DNA from: an uncultured Candidatus Rokubacteria bacterium
GTDB lineage: Bacteria; Methylomirabilota; Methylomirabilia; Rokubacteriales; DASRDR01
Direction of reading: 5' to 3'
DNA length: 64,000 bases
Assembly: GCA_963826115.1 (NCBI GenBank)
Contig: CAWGVS010000005.1
Coordinates: forward strand, 1,024,001 to 1,088,000
The notes below the pieces were generated by a model, which did no database searches, was not told where the DNA came from, and was given only the letters and a program-made list of their open reading frames with translations. A program made the translations under genes and the position numbers. Position 1 is the stretch's first letter. Every line of letters starts with the position of its first letter. Of this stretch, positions 28,962-38,872 are shown in pieces.

Positions 28962-30008
28962 CTACCAGGGAATCGTCTGGCCGGGGCTGAGGATCGCGAC
29001 CTGTTCCTCGATGCCGCGCCGGAGGGCCTCCCGGAGGAGACGATCGGGCGGCTCGCGGAAGGGCTCGCGGTTCATGTCGAAGGTCCCCCAGTGCATCGGC
29101 ACCAGGAGCCGCCCCTGCACGTCCTCGAAGAGCTGCACCGCCTCCTCGGGGTTCACGTGGTTGGGGTGCCCCGTGCGGAAGGTGTCGTACCCGCCGATGG
29201 GGATCGCCGCGACGTCGAACGGTCCGAGCCTCTCCCCGACCTGGCGGAAGCGGGCGTCGTACCCCGTGTCGCCCGCGAAAAAGAACCGCTTCGACGGTCC
29301 GAGCACCGCCCACGATGACCAGAGCCGGAGGTACTGGTCGGCGAGCGTGCGGCCCGAGGAGTGCTGCGCGGGCGTGCACACGAAGGTCAGGCCCCGGTAC
29401 TCGCTCCGCTCCCACCAGTCCAGCTCCACGACGTCCACGATTCCCCGCTCACGAAGCCACGCGCGAAGCCCGAGGGGGACGAAGAAGCGGGGGCGATGCT
29501 CCCGCGCCAGCCGCTCCACGGTCTGCGCGTCCAGGTGGTCGTAGTGGTCGTGCGAGATCACCACAGCGTGGATCGGTGGGAGATCGCCGAATCCGAGGCC
29601 GGGCGGCACGAGCCGGCGCGGGCCCGCGAACGCCACGGGGCTCGCGCGGTCGCCCCAGATCGGGTCGGTGAGGATGTTCACTCCGTCGATCTGGACGAGG
29701 AAGGTGGAGTGTCCGACCCAGGTGATCGTCGGATGCGTTCCGTTGGCTCGGAGCTCCTCCCCGTCGTTGCCCAGCACCGCCAGCGCAGCTCCCCGGGGGC
29801 GATGGGGCGACAGAGCGCGCATGACGAAGTGTCGAACGCGAACACCGACGCCGTACTGATAGCCGTCGTCGAGGTTTCGGAAGCCTTGACGGAGATGGTG
29901 GACGGTCGTCCGGTCTACACCGGCGGACTCGACGTTCAGGACGGCCGTGGGAGCCAGGGCCAGCGCGAGCAGCGAGACGAGCGAGATCGCGCGAGTGACG
30001 CGGGACAT
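28962..30008 (-). CDS. MBL-fold hydrolase, NAPE-PLD/RomA-like, secreted
   Basis: TWVGHST, TDPIW, SHDHYDHLD, FAGDTGY, PMHWGTF. Confidence 0.88.
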   Translation of the reverse strand: MSRVTRAISLVSLLALALAPTAVLNVESAGVDRTTVHHLRQGFRNLDDGYQYGVGVRVRHFVMRALSPHRPRGAALAVLGNDGEELRANGTHPTITWVGHSTFLVQIDGVNILTDPIWGDRASPVAFAGPRRLVPPGLGFGDLPPIHAVVISHDHYDHLDAQTVERLAREHRPRFFVPLGLRAWLRERGIVDVVELDWWERSEYRGLTFVCTPAQHSSGRTLADQYLRLWSSWAVLGPSKRFFFAGDTGYDARFRQVGERLGPFDVAAIPIGGYDTFRTGHPNHVNPEEAVQLFEDVQGRLLVPMHWGTFDMNREPFREPPDRLLREALRRGIEEQVAILSPGQTIPW

Positions 30009-30125
30009 CGAAAGGGCGCCTCCAGCCGGGGAGCTCCGACCCTCTTGGCGAGGGTCGCTGACCAAGTCAGCGTAGCACGCGCGTCATCTGATTTCTCCGG
30101 CACCCCAGGGTGCCGGGACGCGGCC

Positions 30126-30141
30126 TGGCATTCCAGTTGCG
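30126..30141 (+). promoter_or_regulatory. Sigma54-type -24/-12 promoter
   Basis: TGGCATTCCAGTTGCG, close to TGGCA-N6-TTGC consensus. Confidence 0.65.
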
Positions 30142-30185
30142 TGAGCTAGGGCATGGTCACTCGGTCCCGAGCTTGCCGCGTGCGC

Positions 30186-30410
30186 ATGGTGGCCCCCAGA
30201 CCGGTGATGGCACGAGTCCGCGCGATCGTGGGCGTGCTCCTGCTCGTCGTCGGCCTGGTCGGGCTCGTACTCCCGATCATCCCGGGGATTCCGCTACTGC
30301 TGGCGGGAGTCGCCCTCACAGGCAAGGACCATCCCCTCGTCCGCCCCGTTCTCGTCCGGCTGAGGCGCCTCCATGCTCGCTGGCAGTCCCGTCGGGTGCC
30401 AGCCAAGTGA
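30186..30410 (+). CDS. Small membrane protein (PGPGW/DUF454-like)
   Basis: IVGVLLLVVGLVGLVLPIIPGIPLLLAG hairpin; start uncertain (30153/30186/30207). Confidence 0.7.
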   Translation: MVAPRPVMARVRAIVGVLLLVVGLVGLVLPIIPGIPLLLAGVALTGKDHPLVRPVLVRLRRLHARWQSRRVPAK

Positions 30411-30438
30411 CGGAAGGGGGCCGCACCGCCCCGCGTCG

Positions 30439-31164
30439 TCAGGCCTTCGTGGAGCCCCGAGACTGTCGGCGGCCGGCCGGACGCCGCCCCGTTTCGGCGG
30501 GAACGTCGGACGAGCGTAGCCATGGCGCGGCCTTGGCCAGGATGCCCGGCTGCGGAGTGAGCCGCGCCGGTCTCGGCCCGTGGCGGGGCGCCTTCAGCAC
30601 CGAGACGTAGTCGAGCTCGCGGCCCTCGCTCACGCAGCGAAGCAGGAGGCCGCCCCGGCTCATGTCGCCACGTCCGACGAACTCCGACGGGAAGACGAGC
30701 CGATCCCCAAAGACCTCTCCCAGGACCTCCACGTACTTCCCGCTTGCCACGCTCCCGAGGAGCACCATCTCCCACGCCGGCTGGTCCTTCAGGGACGCGG
30801 CGATCGCCCGCGCGTCCCGGAGCAGGGGCCGACGGTACCGGCCGTCCGACGGATCCACGTCGATGCTGCCGTAGCGTCGCAGGAGGGGCCGCCCGACGCG
30901 ATCGTCGGGCGAGCGGAGGCCCTGGCATGGCGTGATCACCATGACTCCGGGCAACCCGGCCGGCGGGCGCGCGAAGAACCGCGAGTACGCGAGCTTGCCC
31001 CGGAAGTAGAGCCCGCTCATGAAGCTGAATACCTCGCCGAGCGGGGCCCCGTCCCGGGTGCGCAACCGCCGGGCGAGATCGAAGCGGGCTTGCTCCCTGA
31101 GCACCAGGCGAGCCCGCTCGCCCCCGCAGTGGGCCGGAGAGAGCAGGAAGACGCGCACGCTCAT
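30439..31164 (-). CDS. Conserved-looking hypothetical protein
   Basis: ATGA-coupled to upstream oxidoreductase; FLLSPA, FSFMSGLYFRGK, LLGSVASGKY, GRGDMSRGGLLLR. Confidence 0.7.
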   Translation of the reverse strand: MSVRVFLLSPAHCGGERARLVLREQARFDLARRLRTRDGAPLGEVFSFMSGLYFRGKLAYSRFFARPPAGLPGVMVITPCQGLRSPDDRVGRPLLRRYGSIDVDPSDGRYRRPLLRDARAIAASLKDQPAWEMVLLGSVASGKYVEVLGEVFGDRLVFPSEFVGRGDMSRGGLLLRCVSEGRELDYVSVLKAPRHGPRPARLTPQPGILAKAAPWLRSSDVPAETGRRPAGRRQSRGSTKA

Positions 31165-32318
31165 CGACGCGGTGGGCGCTTGCCTGTCCGCGCTCCGCCT
31201 CGGACGCTCCTGGACCGCCGCGATGTCGCCGGAGATCGCCGCCGCACGCGGCCGGCGGGCTGCCAGCCTTCGTAGAAGGGATGGCCTGCGCGCAGCGGCA
31301 AGCTCACGGGAGCGCCCGTCCGGGCGGATTCGTAGATCGCCGTGATGAGCTCGAGCGACGCTCGCGCGTCAGCGAGGGTGACCGGCAGCTCGCTCCCCGA
31401 GGCGAGAGCCCGATGGTAGCGCGCGAACTGGCCGGCGTACCCCTCGGGGCCGGGCTCGAAGCCTCCGAGCGCCTCCGCGATCCGCGCGTCGACCTCGGGT
31501 GTGTCCCCCGTGAACGTCCACGGATCGTGAGAGCTCCGGTAGGGCGCCGTGTTGCTCTCGGCGCTCAGGTTGGCGAAGCAGAACCGCTGCCGGCTCATCT
31601 CGTGCGCCGAGCCGGTCGTCACCGAGAGCGTGGCGAGCGACCCGTCGGCCATCTCGAGCCAGATCGCCGCGCAGTCCTCGGTCTCGATCGGGTTCACGAG
31701 GGTCGTGAGCCGGGCCGAGACGGTCCGCACGGGCCCGAGGACGTAGGTCACGAGGTCGTGGCCGTGGATCGCCAGGTTCACGATGGGACCGCCGAGCTCG
31801 GTCGCCCACCGGGAGCGCCAGGGCACGGCGTAGTAGGCGGGCCGCCGCCGCCAGGCCGTCTCGGCCGTCGCCAGGTACGCCCGGCCCGCGATCCCGCGCT
31901 CCACGAGGCGCCGGAGCTTCTGGATGCCGTGGCCGAACCGGTACTGAAAGATCGGCATCACCCGGCGGCCCGACCGCTTCTCGGCGCGGATCACCCGGTC
32001 GGCGTCCCGCAAGGACCCGCAGAGCGGCTTCTCGCAGATCACGTGCTTGCCGGCGGCCAGACACTGGATCGTCTGGGCCGCGTGGAGGTGGGGCGGCGTG
32101 CAGAGGTCCACGACGTCGACGCCGGGAAGCCGGCAGAGCGCGCCGACGTCGGTCAGCACGCGGTCCACGCCGTAGGCCGTCGCGACCTCGCGGGCCTTCG
32201 CCTCGTCGAGGTCGCAGATCGCCGCGACCTCGAACAGCTCGGGCAGGCTCCGGTAGGCGTCCAGGTGCTGCCGGCCGATCCCGCAGCCGACGACCCCGAC
32301 CCGCAGAGCGCCGCTCAC
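31161..32318 (-). CDS. Gfo/Idh/MocA family oxidoreductase
   Basis: VGVVGCGIG, CTPPHLH, HVICEKP, QYRF. Confidence 0.9.
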   Translation of the reverse strand: MSGALRVGVVGCGIGRQHLDAYRSLPELFEVAAICDLDEAKAREVATAYGVDRVLTDVGALCRLPGVDVVDLCTPPHLHAAQTIQCLAAGKHVICEKPLCGSLRDADRVIRAEKRSGRRVMPIFQYRFGHGIQKLRRLVERGIAGRAYLATAETAWRRRPAYYAVPWRSRWATELGGPIVNLAIHGHDLVTYVLGPVRTVSARLTTLVNPIETEDCAAIWLEMADGSLATLSVTTGSAHEMSRQRFCFANLSAESNTAPYRSSHDPWTFTGDTPEVDARIAEALGGFEPGPEGYAGQFARYHRALASGSELPVTLADARASLELITAIYESARTGAPVSLPLRAGHPFYEGWQPAGRVRRRSPATSRRSRSVRGGARTGKRPPRR

Positions 32319-33445
32319 CGGCGGCGTCGCGGTGCGGGACGGTCCCGGACGGCCCGCGCTCGGGCTCCGGGGGCCTTGCCGCTGGTTTCGAGGCGCACCG
32401 CCTTCGCTTGCGCCTCCAGCGCGAGCCGGCAGGCCAGGAAGCAGTGGGCCTGGGGCATGGCCGTCTCCGTCCGCTCGAGGATGTCCGCGACGAGCTGACG
32501 GCCGTACGGCAGGTCTCCGCCGCTCGCGTCGACGTGGCGGGCGCCCTTCCCGTCGACCAGGAACAGGTGGCTCGCGCCCGGCCGCCCGGCGATGTCCACG
32601 TACTTGCGGAGCTCGATGTACCCCTCCGTGCCGAGCACGACGAGGCGGCCGTCCCCCCAGGTGCTGAGGCCGTCCGGCGTGTACCAGTCCACCCGCGCGT
32701 AGCCGGTGCCGCCGTTGCCCCGGAGGACCACGTCGCCGAAGTCCTCGAACTCCGGCCACTGCGGGAACCCCCAGTTCGCCACCTGCGACGCCACCACCTC
32801 CGCCTCCGTCGAGCCGGTCATGAAGAGGAACTGGTCCATCTGGTGCGAGGCGATGTCCGCGAGGATCCCGCCGCACCGCGCCCGCTCGAAGAACCACGCG
32901 GGACGCGTCGGCGCGTTCAGGCGGTGCGGGCCGAGCCCCACGGTCTGGATCACCTTCCCGATGGCGCCGGCCTTGACCAGCTCCCCCGCCCGCACGGTGG
33001 CCGCGTTCTCGAACCGCTCGCTGAAGCACACCGAGTAGATCCGCCCCGTCTCGGCCTGGACGCGCCGCGCCTCCGCGAGCTGGGCCAGCGTCGTGAACGC
33101 CGGCTTGTCGCTCATGTAGTCCTTGCCGTGGCGCATCGCCGCGACACCCAGGGGGCCCCGGTCGCTCGGGATCGCCGCGCTCACCACGAGCTGGACGCGC
33201 GAGTCCTCGAGGATCTCCCGTCGGCTCCGGGCCCGTCGCGCGGCGGGGTACCGCCGCCCGTACTCGGCTGCGAGGTCGACCTCCTCGGCAAAGAACGCGA
33301 CGATCGCCGCGCCCGCTCGGAGCAGGAGGTCCGTCTGGGCGTAGATGTGATTGTGGTTGACCCCGACCACCCCGAACCGGACCGGCGGGCCCGCCGGCGC
33401 CGTGCCCCGCCGTACGGGCGCCCCCGAGGGCACGGTCCGACCCAC
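32315..33445 (-). CDS. Gfo/Idh/MocA family oxidoreductase
   Basis: GVNHNHIY, GKDYMSDKP, FSERF, GPHR, GGILADIASHQ. Confidence 0.88.
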   Translation of the reverse strand: MGRTVPSGAPVRRGTAPAGPPVRFGVVGVNHNHIYAQTDLLLRAGAAIVAFFAEEVDLAAEYGRRYPAARRARSRREILEDSRVQLVVSAAIPSDRGPLGVAAMRHGKDYMSDKPAFTTLAQLAEARRVQAETGRIYSVCFSERFENAATVRAGELVKAGAIGKVIQTVGLGPHRLNAPTRPAWFFERARCGGILADIASHQMDQFLFMTGSTEAEVVASQVANWGFPQWPEFEDFGDVVLRGNGGTGYARVDWYTPDGLSTWGDGRLVVLGTEGYIELRKYVDIAGRPGASHLFLVDGKGARHVDASGGDLPYGRQLVADILERTETAMPQAHCFLACRLALEAQAKAVRLETSGKAPGARARAVRDRPAPRRRR

Positions 33446-34312
33446 CTAGCCCTTCATCCCGGTGGTGCTGATGCCCTGGACCAGATACCGCTGGAAGACG
33501 ATGAACACGAGGAGCACGGGCACCAGCGACAGCGCGGACATCGCGAAGATCGCGCCCCAGTCGGTGGCTCCCGAGGCGTCGGCGAACGACCGCAGCGCCA
33601 CCGAGATCGTGTAGAGCTTCGGCTCGTTCAGGTAGACGAGCGGGGTCAGGAAGTCCTCCCACGTCCAGTAGAAGGAGAAGATCGTCGCGGTGATGAGGGC
33701 GGGCCGGATCAGCGGCAGGATGATCCGGAAGAAGATCCCGAAGTGGCTGCAGCCGTCGATCTCCGCCGCCTCGTCGAGCTCCCGGGGAATCCCGCGGATG
33801 AACTGCATGATCATGAAGATGAAGAACGCCATCCCGAAGAACCGCGGCAGGAGCAGCGGGTAGAACGTGTTCACCAGGTTGAGCTTCGTGAAGAAGACGT
33901 ACTGCGGAATGATCGTCACCTGCACGGGCAGCATCAAGGTCAGCAGCATGCACGTGAACCAGAACCCCCGGCCGGCGAAGCGGACGCGCGCGAACCCGTA
34001 GGCGGCCAGCGCCGAGGACATCACCGCGGCCACCGTCCCCACCCCGGCGTAGATCAGCGAGTTCTTGTAGAACGTGGCGAAGGTGATGCCGCCGAACCCC
34101 TTCCACCCGGCGACGTAGTTCTCGGGGCTGAAGTTCCGGGGCACCAGCGACATGACGTTGGTCCAGATCTCCGACGGGCCCTTCAGCGAGCTGGCGAACA
34201 GCCAGATGATCGGGTACAGCATCACGAACCCCAGCGCGCCGACGCCCGCGTGGTAGACCACCGTCCGCAGAGCTGCCCGCGAGCGCGCCGGGCCCGACTC
34301 CGCCTGGCCCAT
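33446..34312 (-). CDS. Carbohydrate ABC transporter permease (YesQ/MalG-like)
   Basis: EAA motif IPRELDEAAEIDG; LAAYGFAR. Confidence 0.9.
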   Translation of the reverse strand: MGQAESGPARSRAALRTVVYHAGVGALGFVMLYPIIWLFASSLKGPSEIWTNVMSLVPRNFSPENYVAGWKGFGGITFATFYKNSLIYAGVGTVAAVMSSALAAYGFARVRFAGRGFWFTCMLLTLMLPVQVTIIPQYVFFTKLNLVNTFYPLLLPRFFGMAFFIFMIMQFIRGIPRELDEAAEIDGCSHFGIFFRIILPLIRPALITATIFSFYWTWEDFLTPLVYLNEPKLYTISVALRSFADASGATDWGAIFAMSALSLVPVLLVFIVFQRYLVQGISTTGMKG

Positions 34313-35283
34313 CACCGGCCCTCCTTGACCTCGTAGAACACCCACCGCCCCGACGTCTTGAACAGGAAGGCCGTGCACAGGGCCACCGCGACGAGGAGCA
34401 CCCAGGCCATCGCCGAGGCGTACCCCATCTGGAAGCTCTCGAAGGCCCGGCGGTACAGGTACAGGGCGTAGAAGAGCGTGGTGTCCATCGGCCCGCCCCC
34501 CGTCACGATGAACGCCTGAGTGAAGACCATGAAGCCCGTGATGGTCTGCATGACGAGGTTGAAGAAGGTTACCGGGGACAGGAGCGGGAGCGTGATGCGG
34601 AAGAAGCGCGACCACGGGCCCGCCCCGTCGATGGCCGCCGCCTCGTACAGCTCGGCCGGGATCTGCCGGAGCCCGGCGAGGAAGATGAGCATCGGCGAGC
34701 CGAACTGCCAGATCGCCAGCACGATCAGGGTCCAGATCGCGAAGTCCGGGTGCCCGAGCCAGCTCACCCGCGGCACTCCCAGGAAGGACAGCAGCGCGTT
34801 CACGACGCCCTCCGTCCCGAACACCTGCCGCCACATCAGGGCCACCGCCACGCTGCCCGCCACGATCGACGGGGCGTAGAAGGCCGCACGGTACACCGCG
34901 ATCCCCCGGCGCTGGGTGTTCAGGAGCATCGCGAGCGCCAGGGCGAACGCCAGACGCAGCGGCACTGCCACCGCCACGTAGAAGAGGGTCACCGTGACCG
35001 ACTGGAGATAGCGTCGGTCCTGCGTGAACATGCGGTAGAAGTTCTCGAGCCCGACCCACCGCGGTGCGGTGAGGATGTCGTAGTCCGTGAAGGCGAGGTA
35101 CAGCGAGGCGATCATCGGCAGGAGGGTGAGCCCGAAGAATCCGATCAGCCACGGCGCGATGAACGCGTAGCCGGCAAGATTGCGAGCGCGCGCCCGGGCG
35201 CGTCCGGCGGCGACGCGCGCGTCCCCCACCCCCGCGCGGAGAAGGCCCTCCCCGGGAAGGGACGAGGCGGGGGCCCGGCTCAT
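34312..35283 (-). CDS. Carbohydrate ABC transporter permease (YesP/MalF-like)
   Basis: WVGLENF, IPAELYEAAAIDG, MGYASAMAW. Confidence 0.9.
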   Translation of the reverse strand: MSRAPASSLPGEGLLRAGVGDARVAAGRARARARNLAGYAFIAPWLIGFFGLTLLPMIASLYLAFTDYDILTAPRWVGLENFYRMFTQDRRYLQSVTVTLFYVAVAVPLRLAFALALAMLLNTQRRGIAVYRAAFYAPSIVAGSVAVALMWRQVFGTEGVVNALLSFLGVPRVSWLGHPDFAIWTLIVLAIWQFGSPMLIFLAGLRQIPAELYEAAAIDGAGPWSRFFRITLPLLSPVTFFNLVMQTITGFMVFTQAFIVTGGGPMDTTLFYALYLYRRAFESFQMGYASAMAWVLLVAVALCTAFLFKTSGRWVFYEVKEGR

Positions 35284-35370
35284 CGCGCCGGGTCTCGGTC
35301 GGGATCGGGCGCGGCTGTGCGCATCCCGGCCGCCGCGCCCCGATCCCCCCCGCTCACGGAGCCCGCCGCG

Positions 35371-36705
35371 CTAGCGCTTGGCCTTCGCGAGGATGGCGTT
35401 GGCTTCCTGCCGCAAGAGCGCCGCAGCCTTGTCAGGGTCGAGCTTCCCGTACGCGACCGGGTCGACGACCTGCGGGTTGTAGACGTTCTTGACGATGTCG
35501 GCGTGGCCCGGCGGGTCCGGCGGCGGAATGGGCTGGACGTCCTTCCCCACCCGCTCGAGGTACGCGAACATCTCGGCCTGAGACTTGCCCAGCTTCGGCA
35601 TCAGCGCCTTCTGCACCTTGTTCGAGATCGGCACGCCGCGCTCGGCCAGGAGCGCGTCGTTCGCCTCGATCGAATTCGTGACGAAGTCGATGAACATGGC
35701 GGCTTCCTTGGGCTGCTTGGCCTGCGTCGTCACGCTGAAGAACTGGGACGGCTTGATGAAGTTCGCGGACTTGCCGCCAGGCACCCGCGGCAGCGGATGC
35801 AGGACGAAGTTCCGCTCGTCGCCGCCGGCCGCCTTCCAGACGGCCACGATCTGGTTGCTCCAGAAGTACGCCATCGCGGCCTTGCGCGAGACGATCGGGG
35901 TCAGCTCGACGCTCGTGTCCTGGTTGAAGCTGGCCATCTCGTCGGCGCGCGGCACCAGGGCGTTGGCCTTCTGGAGCCGGAGCAGCATGCCGAGGTAGTC
36001 GACGAACGGCTTGTCGCTCTCGTAGCCGATCTTGCTGCCGTCGGCGCTATACCGCCACTGCCCGGTCGACAGGAACACGGCCCCCCACAGCTGGTTGTCC
36101 CACGTCTGGGAGCCCATGCCCCAGACCCCCAGCTTCTGCTGGAGCGTGAGCGACACCTTCTCGAAATCGGCCCAGCTCCAGTTCGCCGCCGGCAGCTCGA
36201 CCCCGGCCTTCTTGAAGGCGTCGACGTCGAGGACCCAGCACTGGGAGTTCGACCCGAGGTTGACGGCGACCAGCTTGCCGTTCACGATCCCGCCCTTCAG
36301 GGCGGCCTCGGACACGTCGCGCACGTCGATGACGCCGCTCTTGACGTAGTCGTCGAGGGGCGCGATCAGGCCGCGCGAGGTCCACTCGCTGATGTAGGCG
36401 TAGTCCTGCTGCATCACGTCGGGCAGGTTGCGGCCCGCCGCCTGGGTGGTCATCTTCGTCCAGTAATCACCCCACCCGGCGAACTCGTAGGTGACCTTGA
36501 CGTTCGGGTACTTCTTCTGGAACAGCTCGATCGCCTTGATGGTCCGGTTGTGGCGGTCCTGTGAGCCCCACCACGCGACCCGCAGCTCGACGGGCGCGCC
36601 GGAGCTCGACTGGGCGGCGGCAGGGAGGGTGTGGACCGCGCCGGCCAGCCACAGGCCGGCGAGCACGGTCATCCAGGCGACGGTACGACCGACGTGACCA
36701 CGCAT
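35371..36705 (-). CDS. Sugar ABC substrate-binding protein (YesO-like)
   Basis: Signal peptide; LRVAWWGSQDRH, YWTKMTTQAAG, PDVMQQD. Confidence 0.9.
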   Translation of the reverse strand: MRGHVGRTVAWMTVLAGLWLAGAVHTLPAAAQSSSGAPVELRVAWWGSQDRHNRTIKAIELFQKKYPNVKVTYEFAGWGDYWTKMTTQAAGRNLPDVMQQDYAYISEWTSRGLIAPLDDYVKSGVIDVRDVSEAALKGGIVNGKLVAVNLGSNSQCWVLDVDAFKKAGVELPAANWSWADFEKVSLTLQQKLGVWGMGSQTWDNQLWGAVFLSTGQWRYSADGSKIGYESDKPFVDYLGMLLRLQKANALVPRADEMASFNQDTSVELTPIVSRKAAMAYFWSNQIVAVWKAAGGDERNFVLHPLPRVPGGKSANFIKPSQFFSVTTQAKQPKEAAMFIDFVTNSIEANDALLAERGVPISNKVQKALMPKLGKSQAEMFAYLERVGKDVQPIPPPDPPGHADIVKNVYNPQVVDPVAYGKLDPDKAAALLRQEANAILAKAKR

Positions 36706-36818
36706 GGCGGCCTCGCTTTCTGTCGGAGGTGAACGGCGCGACCAAGACGGGACCCGCAATCGCACCCCCCTACTCGGTCATCACGGCGCACGGCTGTCAA
36801 GAGCCATCCCGCCCGGTC

Positions 36819-38165
36819 TCACGCGGAAGCCGCGCCGCTCCCGCCGGGCAGCGGGAACAGCTCGTCGAGGGACACCCGCCGGCCGGTGCGGATGGACTCG
36901 TTGGCAGCGATCCCCACCAGCGCGGCCGCGGCTCCGTCGACATGGGACGCCGCGCGGTGATAGGCGTCGGGGGGCGGCGACGCTGAGAAGAGCTGCTCCA
37001 GCATGACGGGATCGGCGCCACCGTGGCCGCCCTCCCCCGGGTCCACGGGAACCTCGCGGGAAGCGCCAAACATCGGATGGACCGTGATCCTCACCGTCTT
37101 GAACGACCCCTTGCTCGCCCGGGCGCGGTCGGCGTCCTCCATGAGGTGGGTGACGTTCTCCGCCACGTCCATCTCGAGGCGTCCGCGGTCCCCGGTGACC
37201 GCGACCCGGAGGCCCTCCCACGGCGCGTACGTGACCAGGCAGTAGGAGAGGATCGCCCCGTTCCGGTATCGCGCCGTCACCGCCATGGTGTCCTCGATCG
37301 TGATCGGCTCGCCGAAGACGTTGCGGTCGCGGACGTATCCGCTCTCCGCCTCCGCCTCCAGGTACAGGCCGCGGAACGCGGCGGTCCGGTCCAGGAACAG
37401 GGCGAACGGGTCGCTCCGCGCCGCCTCGCTGCCCGTGTAGCGGGCGTAGGAGTACGACTCCCCCCGGGCCTCGGCGTTCGCGCGCCCGTAGAAGCCGAGG
37501 CCCCCCATGGCGAAGACGTCGCGGGCGTAGGACCCGATCCACCAGTTCACGAGGTCGAAGTGGTGGGTCGCCTTGTGAACGAGGAGCCCGCCGGAGCTCT
37601 CGCGCTCCCGGTGCCACCGCCGGAAGTAGTCGGCCCCGTGGCGGGTGTCGAGGAGCCACGAGAAGTCGACCAGCAGGGGCCGGCCCACGACGCCCTCCAT
37701 CAGCAGCCGACGGAAGGCGGTGTAGGCGGGCGCGTAGCGATAGTTGAACGTCACCCGGAGGGCCCGTCCGGTCCGGGCGATGGCGTCGAAGATCGCCCGC
37801 ATCTTCCCGGCGTCGGTCGTCATCGGCTTCTCGGTGATGACGTCGCAGCCGAGCTCCATCGCCCGCGTGATGTAGAGGTGATGCGTCGCGTCCACCGTGG
37901 TGACGATGACGGTGTCGGGACGTGTCTCGGCGATCATCCGGTCGAAGCTGGCGGCCGGGTACGTGGGGCGTGGCGCCCCGCCCGCCAGGGCGACGATCCG
38001 CCGGTTGTGCCAGTCCATTCGCGTCTGGCTCAGGTCGCACAGGCCGACGAGGTCGGACGTCTCCCGGTAGGTCCCGGCGAGCGCCTCGACGAACATCCCG
38101 GCGCGAGAGCCCGTCCCGACGATGGCGTAGCGGCGACGCGCTCGATCGACTGAGGAATCCAGCAT
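36819..38165 (-). CDS. Gfo/Idh/MocA family oxidoreductase (YteT-like)
   Basis: [43 protein letters not shown]. Confidence 0.88.
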   Translation of the reverse strand: MLDSSVDRARRRYAIVGTGSRAGMFVEALAGTYRETSDLVGLCDLSQTRMDWHNRRIVALAGGAPRPTYPAASFDRMIAETRPDTVIVTTVDATHHLYITRAMELGCDVITEKPMTTDAGKMRAIFDAIARTGRALRVTFNYRYAPAYTAFRRLLMEGVVGRPLLVDFSWLLDTRHGADYFRRWHRERESSGGLLVHKATHHFDLVNWWIGSYARDVFAMGGLGFYGRANAEARGESYSYARYTGSEAARSDPFALFLDRTAAFRGLYLEAEAESGYVRDRNVFGEPITIEDTMAVTARYRNGAILSYCLVTYAPWEGLRVAVTGDRGRLEMDVAENVTHLMEDADRARASKGSFKTVRITVHPMFGASREVPVDPGEGGHGGADPVMLEQLFSASPPPDAYHRAASHVDGAAAALVGIAANESIRTGRRVSLDELFPLPGGSGAASA

Positions 38166-38205
38166 GTATGTCGCTATGTTACGGCGGGTTCTCTCGCAGG
38201 ATGCT

Positions 38206-38865
38206 TCAGCCGGGCCGCTCTCCCGACGGCTCCCACACCAGGACGCGTATCGGCGTCGGTTCGAGCCCCGTGCAGGGGTTGTTCACCTGGGGGCAGTTCG
38301 CGATCACGGCGAGGACGTCCATCTCGGCCCGAAGGTCCACGAAGTCGCCGGGTCGCGAGAGGCCCTCCACGAAGACGGTGTCCGCGAGCCGACCATCCTC
38401 GCCCACGGGCACATTGGAGAAGAAGTTCAGGTTGGCCACGATGTCCCGGCGTCCCATCCCGTACCGGCCGAGCTGCCGGAGGAACGTCTCCCGGCATCCG
38501 GGGACGTCGCTCACGCCGTACATCAGATGGTTGCTCGGCGCGCTGCAGCATCCCCCGATCGTGTCGTGCCGCCCGCAGGTGTCCCCGACGATGGTGAGCA
38601 TCGGCCGCGCCACGTCGGAGTACAGCACGTTCCCCGTCGTGAGCCGGATGGTCCGCGCCTTCTTCATGGTGTTGGCGGCGTGGTACCGCTCTTCCGGATT
38701 CGTGGCGTGGTAGCAGAGGAAGTCGACGCCCTGCTTGCCCGCCTGATCGACGATGCGGAGGATCTGGCCACGTCTCACGACCTCGGCCCATCCCTCGCCC
38801 GGCGGGACCACGTCCTCGCGGACCACGGCGCCGGGGGGCGAGCCCGTCATCGGCGGCGCGCTCAC
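38206..38865 (-). CDS. Urea carboxylase-associated family protein (DUF1989)
   Basis: [37 protein letters not shown]. Confidence 0.88.
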   Translation of the reverse strand: MSAPPMTGSPPGAVVREDVVPPGEGWAEVVRRGQILRIVDQAGKQGVDFLCYHATNPEERYHAANTMKKARTIRLTTGNVLYSDVARPMLTIVGDTCGRHDTIGGCCSAPSNHLMYGVSDVPGCRETFLRQLGRYGMGRRDIVANLNFFSNVPVGEDGRLADTVFVEGLSRPGDFVDLRAEMDVLAVIANCPQVNNPCTGLEPTPIRVLVWEPSGERPG

Positions 38866-38872
38866 GCTCGGG

